64,000 nucleotides of DNA, taken from positions 15 to 64,014 of IMG/VR virus record IMGVR_UViG_3300024980_000003. One strand, given 5' to 3'. A program made the position numbers and the translations under genes. Source of the DNA: a virus (Duplodnaviria; Caudoviricetes). This document shows positions 24,741 to 35,455 of the stretch, in pieces (position 1 is the first letter of the stretch; the number at the start of each line of letters is the position of its first letter). Under the pieces are notes generated by a model. The model was not told where the DNA came from, searched no databases, and saw only the letters and a program-made list of their open reading frames with translations.

Positions 24741-26364
24741 CGGCTTTCACCAACTCTGACAACAGCGTAAACTCGCCCACTTTGATACTCAGATCAACAC
24801 CGGCGGTTGTTTTAACCGGAATCTCCGTAGTCTGGTAATACTGGCCGCTACTGTCCTTGATCAACAGCCATACTTTGACATGGCCGGTGTTGTTCCAAAC
24901 CCTGACGTTATGCACCCCATCTTCAACTTCGCAGGGAATGCCGAAGCGCTTTTGCATGGCGTAGGTGTTCTTGTCTGTGCTAATAACATTCGCTCGGCTA
25001 TTCGCCGTCATGTTATACGAATGGTAAATCCGGCAATCGTCAACAACCACGCCGCTCAAGCCGACATCGGTGTATTGCGTGTCAGAAGAATTGGCTCGGG
25101 CGGCATATTTAGACAGAACCGAATCTTCGTAGCCGTACTGATCGCCGGTGGAGGACGGAATCATGAACAGGCCGAACTCGCCGTTGCCTTGCCGGGTATC
25201 GGTAAACACGATATTGCTGCCGTCGATATAAAACCCCGAATAACTGATAAAGCCGTTATTATCCACCCGCTTGTTGATCGCCTGAATACGGGTATTGTAA
25301 AAATCAAACTCAAAGTAGGTTTTGGTCGATTCCTGGAAAGGCGCATAATTTGCAAAGGACAGGTTGTAGCCTTCCTCAGATGCAGCATTGGCGGTTGCTA
25401 CAAAATTGTCCCGATTAGCATTCCAGTTGTCAAAGTTCATTTGCCCTGTGGTGACGCCGCCCGGATAGTTATACTCGGAACCGGCATCCCTTGCACACTG
25501 GTCAGGGAAAAATGGAGCTACCACTTGACTATGACCACCGCCATAATGGGAGGCTAAGCCTTCATACGTATAGCCAAAGTCTTTGGTGTAGGGGACGGCA
25601 CCGATCGCCAAATAATTGACAGCCCCAAGCAGCGTACAACTACAAGGAATCGTTTCTTCCTCCCACGTCACATCGGTGCCGTAATCCGCATCCACGCCGC
25701 ACGTGCCTGAACTATAGGTATAGCTGGTCACATACGTCCAGCCCGGATTCAGCGTTGGCCTAAATTCAGTCACCGCCTCGGTTGACCAGGTAATCGGCCC
25801 TAATCCAGTCACCGTGTGCGTATACACTCGGGTTTGTACGCATACCTGCTGAAATTTCACATTAGGGTCGTAATCGCCGTTGACGTAGCTATATAAATCC
25901 ACGTAGAACGCATTATTGTGGATGAAGCCTGGAAAGTCGTTGCCATTGTTCTCGGCAATCACTTCGCCGTTGTACTTGGTTAGAGTCTTGCCGGATGGCG
26001 TTGTCAGTGAAACTTCGTAATAGTCCTGTGCAATACTATCATCAATGAAGTCTTGCACGATATAGCCGATGCACTTAGGAATGCTGTCCGTAGACGCAAC
26101 CGCCAGCGCTGTCACATCCACGCCGATCTCGTCAATATCAGCCAGCCCATACTGATTAGACCGCGCATACAGCTTAACCTGATCTTCCAGCGTCTTGCGG
26201 GTAATGCCGTCCTTAATGCCGCCTAGCTGCATCTTGCGCTTCAATTCTCCGAGCAGTAATCGCGCTTTGGCTTCATACGTCGCGCACAGGTTAGGATCTC
26301 CCAGAAAGTTCCGCAGTACCGGGCCGAGTTCCAAACCGCCGATGTGCTTGCCGTTGAAAAACAC
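24730..26364 (-). CDS. Virion-associated hypothetical protein (beta-rich)
   Basis: 544 aa, coupled within the structural operon. Confidence 0.75.
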   Translation of the reverse strand: MFFNGKHIGGLELGPVLRNFLGDPNLCATYEAKARLLLGELKRKMQLGGIKDGITRKTLEDQVKLYARSNQYGLADIDEIGVDVTALAVASTDSIPKCIGYIVQDFIDDSIAQDYYEVSLTTPSGKTLTKYNGEVIAENNGNDFPGFIHNNAFYVDLYSYVNGDYDPNVKFQQVCVQTRVYTHTVTGLGPITWSTEAVTEFRPTLNPGWTYVTSYTYSSGTCGVDADYGTDVTWEEETIPCSCTLLGAVNYLAIGAVPYTKDFGYTYEGLASHYGGGHSQVVAPFFPDQCARDAGSEYNYPGGVTTGQMNFDNWNANRDNFVATANAASEEGYNLSFANYAPFQESTKTYFEFDFYNTRIQAINKRVDNNGFISYSGFYIDGSNIVFTDTRQGNGEFGLFMIPSSTGDQYGYEDSVLSKYAARANSSDTQYTDVGLSGVVVDDCRIYHSYNMTANSRANVISTDKNTYAMQKRFGIPCEVEDGVHNVRVWNNTGHVKVWLLIKDSSGQYYQTTEIPVKTTAGVDLSIKVGEFTLLSELVKAVDL

Positions 26365-27338
26365 TAGATTTTCCTGGTCAGCTTTTCCACATTAAGAACA
26401 AGGTCATCGACCACCGCCGAGCTGCCCGCGACATTCTCCAGCTTGAATTTCCAATATTTCCCCTTGCAGCCTCGGCCTAAATTCGCCTTGCTGGTTTTCA
26501 TTTGCGTGGTCGCCGCTATCGTGTACGGATTAGCGCCGGTTGTTTCGTCAGTCACCGTAAGTTTAAGTTTGCCGCCTTTTACCCCAAGCCACGCATCCGG
26601 TATGCGCTTTAAGTAATGGTCGCCAAAGTCCAGCCGTCCGGTTTCGATGAAGGCGTTTATAGCCGTGCCATTATCAGTTGCACCAGAAAGCGTGTGTATG
26701 CCGGTGCTATCAGCCCCAAGGCTATTTGACAGGCTATTAAAGCCATAATTCTCAAACTTACTGACAGCAAAAGTGTTGAGATTAATCGCATAGCCATAGA
26801 ACACCTCATTGGCAAGGAAATCATACGTGGCATCCAGATAGCCCGTAGCCGCCGTGTACGCATTGAAATCGTAAGACGCATCCAGATAGCCGATGGACGG
26901 CGTATAAGCCAGCAGATCATAACTGACATCGATATAGCCGGTCTTTTGCTGATAGGCTTGCAGGTCGTAAGTGGCATCGAGATAGCCGACTTTCCGGCTG
27001 TACGCCAGCAGGTCATAGCTGGCATCCAGATAGCCTGTTTGCTCCGCGTAGCAGTTCAGGTCATAGCTGCCGTTGACATAGCCGACTGCTTCCGTATAGG
27101 CCAATAGGTCATAACTGGCATCGACATAGCCGGTTTGTTCGGAGTAGGCTAACAGGTCGTAACTGGCATTCAGATAGCCGACCAGCGCCGTACGTACCGG
27201 CAGAGCAAACGCTACAGACGGCGATACCGGATAGCTCAGGGTCTTGACGAACTGCCCGTTGCCAATCGGTCGCATCACGACGACCGGGGCTTTAAGTTCC
27301 CTGCGCCGCCTGATCCAGTTGCCGCCGTTACGGAACAT
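26364..27338 (-). CDS. Tail-associated protein with eight 16-aa repeats
   Basis: GYLDASYDLLAYxxxx x8 (about 26808-27179). Confidence 0.8.
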   Translation of the reverse strand: MFRNGGNWIRRRRELKAPVVVMRPIGNGQFVKTLSYPVSPSVAFALPVRTALVGYLNASYDLLAYSEQTGYVDASYDLLAYTEAVGYVNGSYDLNCYAEQTGYLDASYDLLAYSRKVGYLDATYDLQAYQQKTGYIDVSYDLLAYTPSIGYLDASYDFNAYTAATGYLDATYDFLANEVFYGYAINLNTFAVSKFENYGFNSLSNSLGADSTGIHTLSGATDNGTAINAFIETGRLDFGDHYLKRIPDAWLGVKGGKLKLTVTDETTGANPYTIAATTQMKTSKANLGRGCKGKYWKFKLENVAGSSAVVDDLVLNVEKLTRKI

Positions 27339-27778
27339 TACAGTTCTTCGAGTGTCGCGCTAATGATGCTGATAGCTGAGTTCGTGCCAGCGCCGGTATT
27401 CCACAGCACCAGCTCGCTACTGACCGGGATATACAGACCTTCCGGCCATGACCAGTAGATCATCGAACCGATAGTGGCCGGAAAGGTGACACCCTCCACA
27501 AATGCGGTTGGCACGGTAGGGGCTGCCGACCATGCCGTGGCAATGCGTGACGTTCCTGCCGCGCCGCCGAGCACGGTATTGAGTGGCGCTACACCACTGG
27601 TTTGCGTTCCCGCCGCTGCGGCTATCCCTAATGAAAACTCGGAATCCGTGGCGCTGCCGATGACAATCTTGAGTTCAGTCAGTTTGACCGCATTGGTCGC
27701 ATTGGTTAATAGCCCCCAGCAAGGCGTATTGGTTGCCGCCCCGGCCGCTGTTCTTGCCCGATATTGAAATTTAGCCAT
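27338..27778 (-). CDS. Virion structural protein
   Basis: A/T/G-rich, 146 aa, in operon. Confidence 0.75.
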   Translation of the reverse strand: MAKFQYRARTAAGAATNTPCWGLLTNATNAVKLTELKIVIGSATDSEFSLGIAAAAGTQTSGVAPLNTVLGGAAGTSRIATAWSAAPTVPTAFVEGVTFPATIGSMIYWSWPEGLYIPVSSELVLWNTGAGTNSAISIISATLEEL

Positions 27779-27787
27779 GATGATCCC

Positions 27788-28603
27788 TTAAATCTTTACG
27801 TTGAAGCCAAGACTAAAGCCATTTGCCAGCGTCTCGGTGAATGAATTGGCCGGAACTTCGCGTTTGATCCAGATCGCTTTACAGTAGGTCGTGCCAGCGG
27901 TTGAACTGAGATTGAACGCCGTCAATGGTGCTGCCGAAGTCGGTGATGAGAAGGTCACGCCAGCCGGTGCGCCGGTTTCTGAGCCGGTATCAGCCGGGTA
28001 ATCGGTGCCTGATACGCCTGCGCCGGTGCTGGGAACTTGCGTGGCAAGGCCGATGCTGATGGTGTCCAGTCCCGGTGTGTTCGAGGCAATGAACAGTTCA
28101 ATATCCACCTTGTCGTCCGTGGTCGCTACGGTGCCGGTGTTCTTGATAAAGATGCAGCGGTATTCAGTCAGCCCTGCCAGTGATTGCGCCTTGCTGACGT
28201 TATCGAAGATTTTCAGCGATTGCGCGGTAATCGCTACCGTATCGGTAGCGCTGGCAGACGGCAACGAGGATGCAACCACGGTCACATGCAACACACCGCC
28301 ATTATTTAGGCCTTGCAGCGCATAGGTGCCGCTGGTCGAGACATTAACGGCGGTGCCGGTCTGTCCTCCGTAGGGAGTCCAACTGAGGGTTTTTGTTGTA
28401 GACGAATAGGTATAGCTTAAGGTGCCATTACCGAGCGAGTTGCCAGAAGCATCCCCTAACGTCACGCCGAGAATGGGCGTGGTAGCGGTAGCGAGTTGCG
28501 ACAGGATTTTGGTTGATGAGATTGCGCCTCCTGTAGAGGCACTGGCTGTACTATTGCCAGCGCCCCCAGAGAGGTAAAATGCGAGTTCACTTAAGTTACT
28601 CAT
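27788..28603 (-). CDS. Virion structural protein
   Basis: FDNVS...TEYRCIFIKN...IWIKR; S/T/G-rich; hairpin motif upstream. Confidence 0.8.
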   Translation of the reverse strand: MSNLSELAFYLSGGAGNSTASASTGGAISSTKILSQLATATTPILGVTLGDASGNSLGNGTLSYTYSSTTKTLSWTPYGGQTGTAVNVSTSGTYALQGLNNGGVLHVTVVASSLPSASATDTVAITAQSLKIFDNVSKAQSLAGLTEYRCIFIKNTGTVATTDDKVDIELFIASNTPGLDTISIGLATQVPSTGAGVSGTDYPADTGSETGAPAGVTFSSPTSAAPLTAFNLSSTAGTTYCKAIWIKREVPANSFTETLANGFSLGFNVKI

Positions 28604-28671
28604 TGGTTGCCTTCTATGAGGATCGTGGCGTCATCACGACGCGGTTGCGCTAGTGCGCGGTTGTTACTGCT

Positions 28672-29001
28672 TTAATCGTTGTTGTTAATCAATACGCCTT
28701 TATAGCCAACTGATTCGACGGAATAGTAATCGGTTCCCCATCCACCCGTTTCATATTCTCCATAATTACCGGCTTTAATATCGGCATCGATGATTTGGAA
28801 CGCTTCCTCTTCGCTATGCGCCATAGTAAAGAAACTGAATTGACCGTGACCTTGCGGAATGAATCCGTAAAGTTTCAGCTCTTTTTCTTCATGCTGCTCT
28901 GATGGTTCATAGCCATGCTCGATAAACTTATCCCTTAATTCATCCGTAGACATTGAATCAATGCGCTCTATCGCTTGTTTGGCTAAGTCTTGGATGTTCA
29001 T
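28672..29001 (-). CDS. Acidic hypothetical protein inserted in the structural operon
   Basis: 109 aa; composition unlike neighbours. Confidence 0.65.
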   Translation of the reverse strand: MNIQDLAKQAIERIDSMSTDELRDKFIEHGYEPSEQHEEKELKLYGFIPQGHGQFSFFTMAHSEEEAFQIIDADIKAGNYGEYETGGWGTDYYSVESVGYKGVLINNND

Positions 29002-29242
29002 TATGCTTTATGCCCGTAGCAATCGCCATTTCCAAGACCGAAAGCGAACCCCAAGCCGCAAGAAATAGTTAGCTGTCAATCGTAAAACCCATGCTGCGTA
29101 TCTGCGTTCTACCCTAAGCTGATGACCGCAATCACAGCAACCGGCAGGATAAGCGGGTTCATTATGGAGGGAGCAATCGCTTAGATGCTCGTCACTGGTT
29201 GAATTGGCTGTTGCCATAAAACACTCCTTGGAATTTAAGCAA

Positions 29243-30460
29243 TTATAACACACCACGCAAAGTTTCTGCGGCAATATACTCGGCATTAGCCAGCGTGTTA
29301 GCGGTTGCCTCTTTCCCGACGAAGATTAGGTAATCTGTTCCGTCCTGCTGTAGTATAGTTTGCGAACCTTCTTTAAAAAACTCAATTGCCACATCTTTGT
29401 AGCTGATTTCGACTACGCCTTCCGGCGAGCATTGCAGCCAGCCCCGATCCGACATCACGTAAGCCACCTTGCCGTCAGGATGGTAGACTTCCGAGCCTTT
29501 AACGGTCGCGCAGTCTTGCAGCTCTTCGTAAATCGCCGGACCGTCGCCGTCAATGTTGGTGATCCGTCCAAATTTGTTTTGTGTACCGATATAGAGCACG
29601 TTCGGGCAGGATATGATTGTTTGCACGGTGCTGTCCAGCCGGAAGTATTGGCCTTTGTGTTGCAAGCCGTAATTGTGCAAGTCTGTCCAGTACACTTTAT
29701 CGCCGACTGCGTAGTAAAGCCTGCCGTAATGGGCTTTGATTATTGATACAGGTTTAGGCGTGAACGCAAATTGCGTGGACAGCGGCACGGTGCAAATGCG
29801 ATTGGTCAGGGTGATCTGGTCAATGTCAGCCGAGAACTCGCCGTAAAGGTACAACTCTTTACCGTTGACTGAGCTGATATAGATAGCCACACCAGTACAA
29901 TATGAAGGCGGAATGGGGAAGTTGTTCAGGTAAATGCCGCCGCCCTCAGGAACCGTGACGCGCTTACTGTTGCCGGTGCCGCCTTCCTGCCCGTCCGAAC
30001 CAAGATAAGTGATGGCTATCCGATAATCACCTGCGAACAGTCCACCCACCGATACCGCTGTTGCATCCGGTTGCCTTGGTGGTCGTGCCGTACCCCACTC
30101 ATAACTTACACCCCCAACAATCTTGCCAGAAGATAGCTCATTAGCCCAATAGACAGTATCAGCAATTTGAGTATAGAAGCACCGAGAACTTCCGATAGCA
30201 CTTTGTAGAACTGTCGCGGTATCGTCATCATTCAGCCTCTTTAAATCGCCGTCCTCAACAAATAGCGTTATATCATCGGTGGCATGAATCCACTTGCAAT
30301 CGCCCGAGTAGCGCAAGGTTTTGCCGGGTCGCGGAAACAATACCGTGCCGTCGTCTTGAAATAACACGTTCACGGCATTGAATAGCTTACCTTCCGGCAA
30401 CGCGGTATCTTTGGCCCGGTTATTGAAGCCCTGAAACTTGGGAAGATTTACATCAGTCAT
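29243..30460 (-). CDS. Putative tail tube/nozzle-like structural protein
   Basis: FQGFNN...NAVNV N-terminus; beta-rich; position in operon. Confidence 0.65.
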   Translation of the reverse strand: MTDVNLPKFQGFNNRAKDTALPEGKLFNAVNVLFQDDGTVLFPRPGKTLRYSGDCKWIHATDDITLFVEDGDLKRLNDDDTATVLQSAIGSSRCFYTQIADTVYWANELSSGKIVGGVSYEWGTARPPRQPDATAVSVGGLFAGDYRIAITYLGSDGQEGGTGNSKRVTVPEGGGIYLNNFPIPPSYCTGVAIYISSVNGKELYLYGEFSADIDQITLTNRICTVPLSTQFAFTPKPVSIIKAHYGRLYYAVGDKVYWTDLHNYGLQHKGQYFRLDSTVQTIISCPNVLYIGTQNKFGRITNIDGDGPAIYEELQDCATVKGSEVYHPDGKVAYVMSDRGWLQCSPEGVVEISYKDVAIEFFKEGSQTILQQDGTDYLIFVGKEATANTLANAEYIAAETLRGVL

Positions 30461-30708
30461 CGTGGGTACACTATGCCGATAACGGCATTATTTTTAGGCC
30501 AAGATACAGTCTTGCCTGGGTTTTTATCCATCAGCAGTTTAAGCTCAACGCGAGCTTGAGAATCCAACACCTCTACTGCTACCTTGTTGTTTACCCAAGG
30601 CTCGTAAAAATTGGTATTGGCCTTATCCACAATAGAATCAGGGAAGCCGTCAATGTACGGGTAAGGCTGGCCGATGCTGTCCCAGTTTTGATAAGATGAC
30701 TGACTCAT
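30457..30708 (-). CDS. Hypothetical protein
   Basis: Coupled ORF. Confidence 0.6.
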   Translation of the reverse strand: MSQSSYQNWDSIGQPYPYIDGFPDSIVDKANTNFYEPWVNNKVAVEVLDSQARVELKLLMDKNPGKTVSWPKNNAVIGIVYPR

Positions 30709-30711
30709 TAT

Positions 30712-31227
30712 CTAATCTCCAATTTTAACTTTGAGCAATAGTTCTACTTTCTCTGTGTTCGATTTTGTTGCCAGTACATTAATTTCAAATTCACCCGCGG
30801 CAATAGCCGCATCCGGCAATGCGTCGATCATAAACTGACACGAGGTGCCGGTGTTGCTGGTTGATGACACGGTTACGCCATGAGTGCAGGTATAAGCGAC
30901 TGATGAAATAGATTCAGTCGCCGGCATCAGAGTATCCAGCATTCCCTCCCACGTTAAACCTAATGCGCCGTCTGTAGACTCCTCCCCCGGCACATAGCTT
31001 AATGTCGGCGCTGTTGCTCCGCTTTTGCCCGGATTCTTAACCCGATAAATAAGGCCGGTATAGACAGGCGGCACCATAATGTCGTAATTATCATCATCGT
31101 ATTTGCGATAGACCTTATTAGCTTCCCACGGATCGGCACGGAAGATAATGCCCATCAACCTTTTTGAGTTGGGTTTGTGATTGCCAGCTATTCGATAGCC
31201 GCCCGTTTGTAGCGCGTCATAAAGCAT
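30712..31227 (-). CDS. Virion-associated hypothetical protein
   Basis: WEANKVY...DGALGLTWE, reminiscent of short carbohydrate-binding modules. Confidence 0.7.
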   Translation of the reverse strand: MLYDALQTGGYRIAGNHKPNSKRLMGIIFRADPWEANKVYRKYDDDNYDIMVPPVYTGLIYRVKNPGKSGATAPTLSYVPGEESTDGALGLTWEGMLDTLMPATESISSVAYTCTHGVTVSSTSNTGTSCQFMIDALPDAAIAAGEFEINVLATKSNTEKVELLLKVKIGD

Positions 31228-31263
31228 TAGCGTTTCCTAATGGATGATGGTGTTAGGTTGGTG

Positions 31264-32994
31264 TTATACGATGATTTTACCATATTGCGCTTCAACAATC
31301 AGGCTATTGGGCTGCGAACAGGCGATAATGGTATTGCTTTGCTTCTCGACAATAACCCATTCCACGGAAGTCCGATCAGCGGTTAGTGCAACATTGCCTA
31401 TTGACAAGGTGACTGCTCTACCAGCCAAGGTTAAATCGATATTGACGCCGACTGCGCCCTGACTAAAATCAAGGTTCTGCCCGGATAATAGCCGCTGGAT
31501 TTCAGGGATCAATGTGCCGGTATTAAGCGTAATGCTCTGACCGGTCAACGACTTGTCCAATGACGGCACTAGAGAACCGGCAACAATTGATAAACTCTGC
31601 CCATTCAAGGTTAGCGTCACATCGTTGTTGATAACGGTCAGCGTTCCGGTTTCAGCGGTAATGGTTTGCCCGGACAGGATCGCGCTAATGATTGGCGATA
31701 ACGAGCCTTGCTGAATGCTGATTTCAGCACCCGGCACATTAACCGCTGTTGTCGGTGCTAAATTGCCGCCACTTGCATTTTGAGATAGGCCGGATAATGC
31801 AATACTTAATCCACTGGATAAGCTGCCCAATGCCGATGAAGATACCAATCCCGACAAAGCAAGCTGCAAGACGGGCAGTAAATCACCTAAAGCTATTACG
31901 GCTTGCTGGCCCGTTAGCGTAATTGAGCTTGATGGGCTAAGCGAACCGATTGCACTACCTACCTGTAATCCGGTTAGTGTCAGCGATATATCGTTAATCC
32001 CTGCCGTGACTTCGCCTGCTGATAGCGTCAGAGATAGCCCAGACAGGGCAAGTTCGTTGCTCGGCGCTAACGACCCTCCAGCCGCTGACAATGCAGCACC
32101 GATGAGCGCAATGACTTGTTCAGGCGATACCGAACCCGATGAAGCAGTCACCGATTGACCTGTCAACGCATTGCTTAGGGATGGCGATACCGACCCTTTA
32201 GAGCAGGATGCGCTTAATCCAGACAGCGACAAACTAACATCACTACTTATGCTGATCCATTTCCTAGATCGAAGCGGATACCAGAGTTCAAACCGAGTTC
32301 CTGGGTCATTGATCGCGGCAATTTGCTCAGGCGTTAAAGCTACATTCCAAATGGCCGCCTCGCCCAGTTTTGAGTCGGTAAATAGAGAATTAGATGATCT
32401 GCTGAAACAACCCAGCGCCGTGTTTGTTAATGCCGATGGATAGGCATTGCTCCCTGTATTAGATACTGCGTTGCTACCGTTCAAATAGACGGTTCTCAGC
32501 ACATCAGATGTATAGACATTGATCGCATTCGACCATTGTCCGACGCTACAGGTTGCTGTTGTCTCGGCAATATTGGCAAAGTCAGTGTCGGTAATTTGCG
32601 CCCTGATTGTGCCACCGGACATTAACACGATATACCAATACTTACCATTATTACTTGAATTTCCACACCCCATTAAGCCGCTTGTGGTTAATGTCGTCGG
32701 GTTAAACCAGATGGACGCTGAAAACGGGTAGGATGTAACAGGGGGAGCCGTTGTAGTTAGATACTGACTTGAAGCCGCTGCTAAATCAATAACCGGCTCA
32801 CCGTACTTTCCAGCACTCATTTTCCCGGAAGTTCCCGGTTGCATGTGCGCGTTACCGCATAAATCTGGAACAAAATTAGCGGTGGATGCTCCGCCCATCG
32901 GCCACCAGTTGACTAATCCTTGCGCCTGAATGCAGTCTTTATTGAGCGCAAATGGGCCGACAGGCGGCTTTGATTTATCCCAACGACGATGCAT
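31264..32994 (-). CDS. LamG/concanavalin-like domain plus ~20-aa repeat stalk (fibre/adhesin)
   Basis: FSASIWF, VYLNG, AIWNVALTPEQI LamG motifs; LxGxxxxxxxGxLxP repeats. Confidence 0.8.
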   Translation of the reverse strand: MHRRWDKSKPPVGPFALNKDCIQAQGLVNWWPMGGASTANFVPDLCGNAHMQPGTSGKMSAGKYGEPVIDLAAASSQYLTTTAPPVTSYPFSASIWFNPTTLTTSGLMGCGNSSNNGKYWYIVLMSGGTIRAQITDTDFANIAETTATCSVGQWSNAINVYTSDVLRTVYLNGSNAVSNTGSNAYPSALTNTALGCFSRSSNSLFTDSKLGEAAIWNVALTPEQIAAINDPGTRFELWYPLRSRKWISISSDVSLSLSGLSASCSKGSVSPSLSNALTGQSVTASSGSVSPEQVIALIGAALSAAGGSLAPSNELALSGLSLTLSAGEVTAGINDISLTLTGLQVGSAIGSLSPSSSITLTGQQAVIALGDLLPVLQLALSGLVSSSALGSLSSGLSIALSGLSQNASGGNLAPTTAVNVPGAEISIQQGSLSPIISAILSGQTITAETGTLTVINNDVTLTLNGQSLSIVAGSLVPSLDKSLTGQSITLNTGTLIPEIQRLLSGQNLDFSQGAVGVNIDLTLAGRAVTLSIGNVALTADRTSVEWVIVEKQSNTIIACSQPNSLIVEAQYGKIIV

Positions 32995-32995
32995 A

Positions 32996-33499
32996 TTAGG
33001 TACCTAAGTCGTTGACAGTAGATTCCTTCAGTATGGTATCGGTATCGTTCGTGTTCGCGGTAGTTTGTCCTGACACATTGCGAAACAGAACCTTATGCTT
33101 CCAAGGCGGACGCGGCACTTCCTTAGGAATGCTCTGCATTACATCCGGCGCACCCGCATGAGCCGTCCCCGCGTCCCAGGTAAAAATGAAGTCAGGCGCC
33201 CAGGCCGGGTAAACGGTCGTGCTGCCATCCGAAGATGCGCCGATGGTCGGGTAAGTGCCACTATTGCCTTCATCGACAATAAACCAGCATTGAGCTATGG
33301 TCGCATTGGCCGTTGGATTGCCGCCAAACTTGGCACTCAACTTATACCCTGACATCAATTCCGGCCCTGCGGCGGTCGGGGTTATTTCAGGCCCCAGCCT
33401 GCATGTAGAGGTTGCCAGATTGCGTAGACCTGTAGTCGCAACGCCATCGATAACGGTCGCTAAAGAGCCGATGGCCGCTCTGGTGAATGTCGTTGTCAT
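32996..33499 (-). CDS. Virion structural protein
   Basis: 167 aa, coupled. Confidence 0.7.
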   Translation of the reverse strand: MTTTFTRAAIGSLATVIDGVATTGLRNLATSTCRLGPEITPTAAGPELMSGYKLSAKFGGNPTANATIAQCWFIVDEGNSGTYPTIGASSDGSTTVYPAWAPDFIFTWDAGTAHAGAPDVMQSIPKEVPRPPWKHKVLFRNVSGQTTANTNDTDTILKESTVNDLGT

Positions 33500-33500
33500 G

Positions 33501-33956
33501 TTACGCTAATCTCAAAAGACCCGTCGTTGCATCATTGGTGGGCATGGTTAAGGTAAAGTTCCCCGCCGTCACCGTAGTTGATCCGTACGTGTAAACCGCA
33601 ACCGCCTTATCGCTTTGGGTTGAGTTATACAGCAGTACCGCATCCACTGCGCCGCCAGTGGTCAGTGTCGTCCAGGCAAAAGACGCGCTCGGTGTCCAGT
33701 AAGCGGTGGTGCCTGTTGCGGCGGGAGCATTGGCATTCGTGACTGTCACTCCTCCTGCGGTATAACTCGCATCCGATACTTCGCCGGTGACAGAATAGGC
33801 GGTAGTGGCTGCGCCCAATGATGCAGTCGTGTAGAACAACGCCGCCTTGAAGGTGTCTTTGGTGGTTGCGCCTCTGACAACGGTAGTTCCGAACGCATGA
33901 ATGCCGTTTAGCAGTTCGGTCTTGAATGATGTAGCAATCGCTGCACTATTTGACAT
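33501..33956 (-). CDS. Virion structural protein
   Basis: SFKTELL.G.H.F...FKAALF...GEV....YTAGG pattern; hairpin motif upstream. Confidence 0.8.
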   Translation of the reverse strand: MSNSAAIATSFKTELLNGIHAFGTTVVRGATTKDTFKAALFYTTASLGAATTAYSVTGEVSDASYTAGGVTVTNANAPAATGTTAYWTPSASFAWTTLTTGGAVDAVLLYNSTQSDKAVAVYTYGSTTVTAGNFTLTMPTNDATTGLLRLA

Positions 33957-34009
33957 GTTATTGATCCTTATAAGAAAGTGGCGTCATCACGACGCGAAAA
34001 TGAATTGGG

Positions 34010-34277
34010 TTAGCCTATGACGCCTTGCTCTGCGCCAAGTTCCGGCCCTTTGAATAGACACACATGGCAGCTTTCTTTCGCCAGCTCGCCAGTGTCTTTA
34101 AAGTGGTAGCGCTCGATAAAGGTCATCGTGCCGGTTTTGTTAATATCCAGCGTCAAACTGCCGTCTGATGTTTTCAGTACGCCTTCGCAAACGATCTGAT
34201 CCTGCCATTCCTGCGAGTAGGTCAGTTCTGATTCCGGCACATTGCCGCGAGTTGTCCAGATTAAGGGTGCTGTCATG
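34010..34277 (-). CDS. Hypothetical protein
   Basis: Likely start MTAPLIWTTRGN with AGGA RBS. Confidence 0.65.
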
Positions 34278-34363
34278 AGTTTTCCTGTTGTTGAATAAGG
34301 GCCATTTATTGACTCGGGAAAATGAAGGAAACCCAAGCTGGGAAATGGCGAAAATTGTAGGGG

Positions 34364-35020
34364 TTAAAAATAAGCTTTATTGCGGTGCGGCCTGTTGGAA
34401 TACTCCTTGCGGCGGCTGGTCGCTTTCGGCCTGTTGCCAAAGTAATCCGTAAACTGTTTTTCGTAATAGGTCGCCTTGATCGGGTTGAACATATCCGCAT
34501 CCTGAATGCTATAGGCCCGATACAGCACCCAATCGACCAAGTGCCGATGGTGTGTGCGATTCATTTCCGGCGCTTGTCCTGTACTAACCAGTTCATCGGG
34601 AATGCGGTAGGTTTCCAGCTTGAGCGTAAAGGCCGCATCAGGCTGTGGGTACAGCTCCAGCGTGGTATCGTAGTGCAGGTAATGCGTCGGCGTGCCGGTT
34701 TGCTCACGCCAATCATTGCTAACCCTGTCCAGTTCAATGCGGTCTGTAGCGGTCAGTCGCGTGGTAGCTCCGGCGCTATCGACCAGTGACACATAAGGCA
34801 GCGCATAAATGCTGTCATCCAATATATAAACCGACTTTCCCGAAGTGACGCTGACAGTGCAAAACGCACTGGTTTTGTCGAATATCAGGTTCGCCCTAAT
34901 ACACGCCTCCTCAATCGCTTCATTCAGGTACATAAGGAACTTCGGTACCGACAGGAAATTGGCTTGCGCATCGTCATCGAACTGACTGCGATACAGTGTT
35001 TCCAGTTCGCTAACGCGCAT
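34364..35020 (-). CDS. Head-tail adaptor/tail tubular A-like protein
   Basis: YLNEA, GTPTHY, LYPQPD, HRHLVDWVLYRAY; downstream of the capsid genes. Confidence 0.75.
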   Translation of the reverse strand: MRVSELETLYRSQFDDDAQANFLSVPKFLMYLNEAIEEACIRANLIFDKTSAFCTVSVTSGKSVYILDDSIYALPYVSLVDSAGATTRLTATDRIELDRVSNDWREQTGTPTHYLHYDTTLELYPQPDAAFTLKLETYRIPDELVSTGQAPEMNRTHHRHLVDWVLYRAYSIQDADMFNPIKATYYEKQFTDYFGNRPKATSRRKEYSNRPHRNKAYF

Positions 35021-35385
35021 TACAGCAATCCGAACTGTTCAATCAAGCGTGTCACTTCGGCCCGTTGGCTTTCGGTGCTTTTACGCTTATCCAATTTGAA
35101 ACCATTAAAATGCGTGGCAGCAAATTCAATCAATGCGTCGCTATCCATATTTGCTACCGCATCAACGGTGTCCTGAATATCTTCTTCGGGCTGATCTTTA
35201 ACTTCAATCTCAACCGGCTTGGCTTTCTTGTCGTCGCTTTTAACGAACTGGTCGGGATGGCGCAGGAACTTGACTGCCCATTCTTCAGGAACCGCTTTGG
35301 TTTCGCCTTGCTGAAAGACGATCTTCGAGCCGTAGCAACCGTCCACATACGTGTCACGCTTGCCGATATAGGTAATTGCAATCAT
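35020..35385 (-). CDS. Head-associated hypothetical protein
   Basis: Likely start MIAITYIG with AAGGA RBS. Confidence 0.7.
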   Translation of the reverse strand: MIAITYIGKRDTYVDGCYGSKIVFQQGETKAVPEEWAVKFLRHPDQFVKSDDKKAKPVEIEVKDQPEEDIQDTVDAVANMDSDALIEFAATHFNGFKLDKRKSTESQRAEVTRLIEQFGLL

Positions 35386-35455
35386 AACTATCCTTTGCTT
35401 GAACAATTCCCCGCCAGGCTTGCGCGATAACGGGGAGTTGCCAGGAGGTTAAAGG

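Noticed and set aside
24730-32994. Diversity-generating retroelement or invertible tail-fibre switch
   Set aside because: No reverse transcriptase, invertase, TR/VR pair or flanking inverted repeats were seen.
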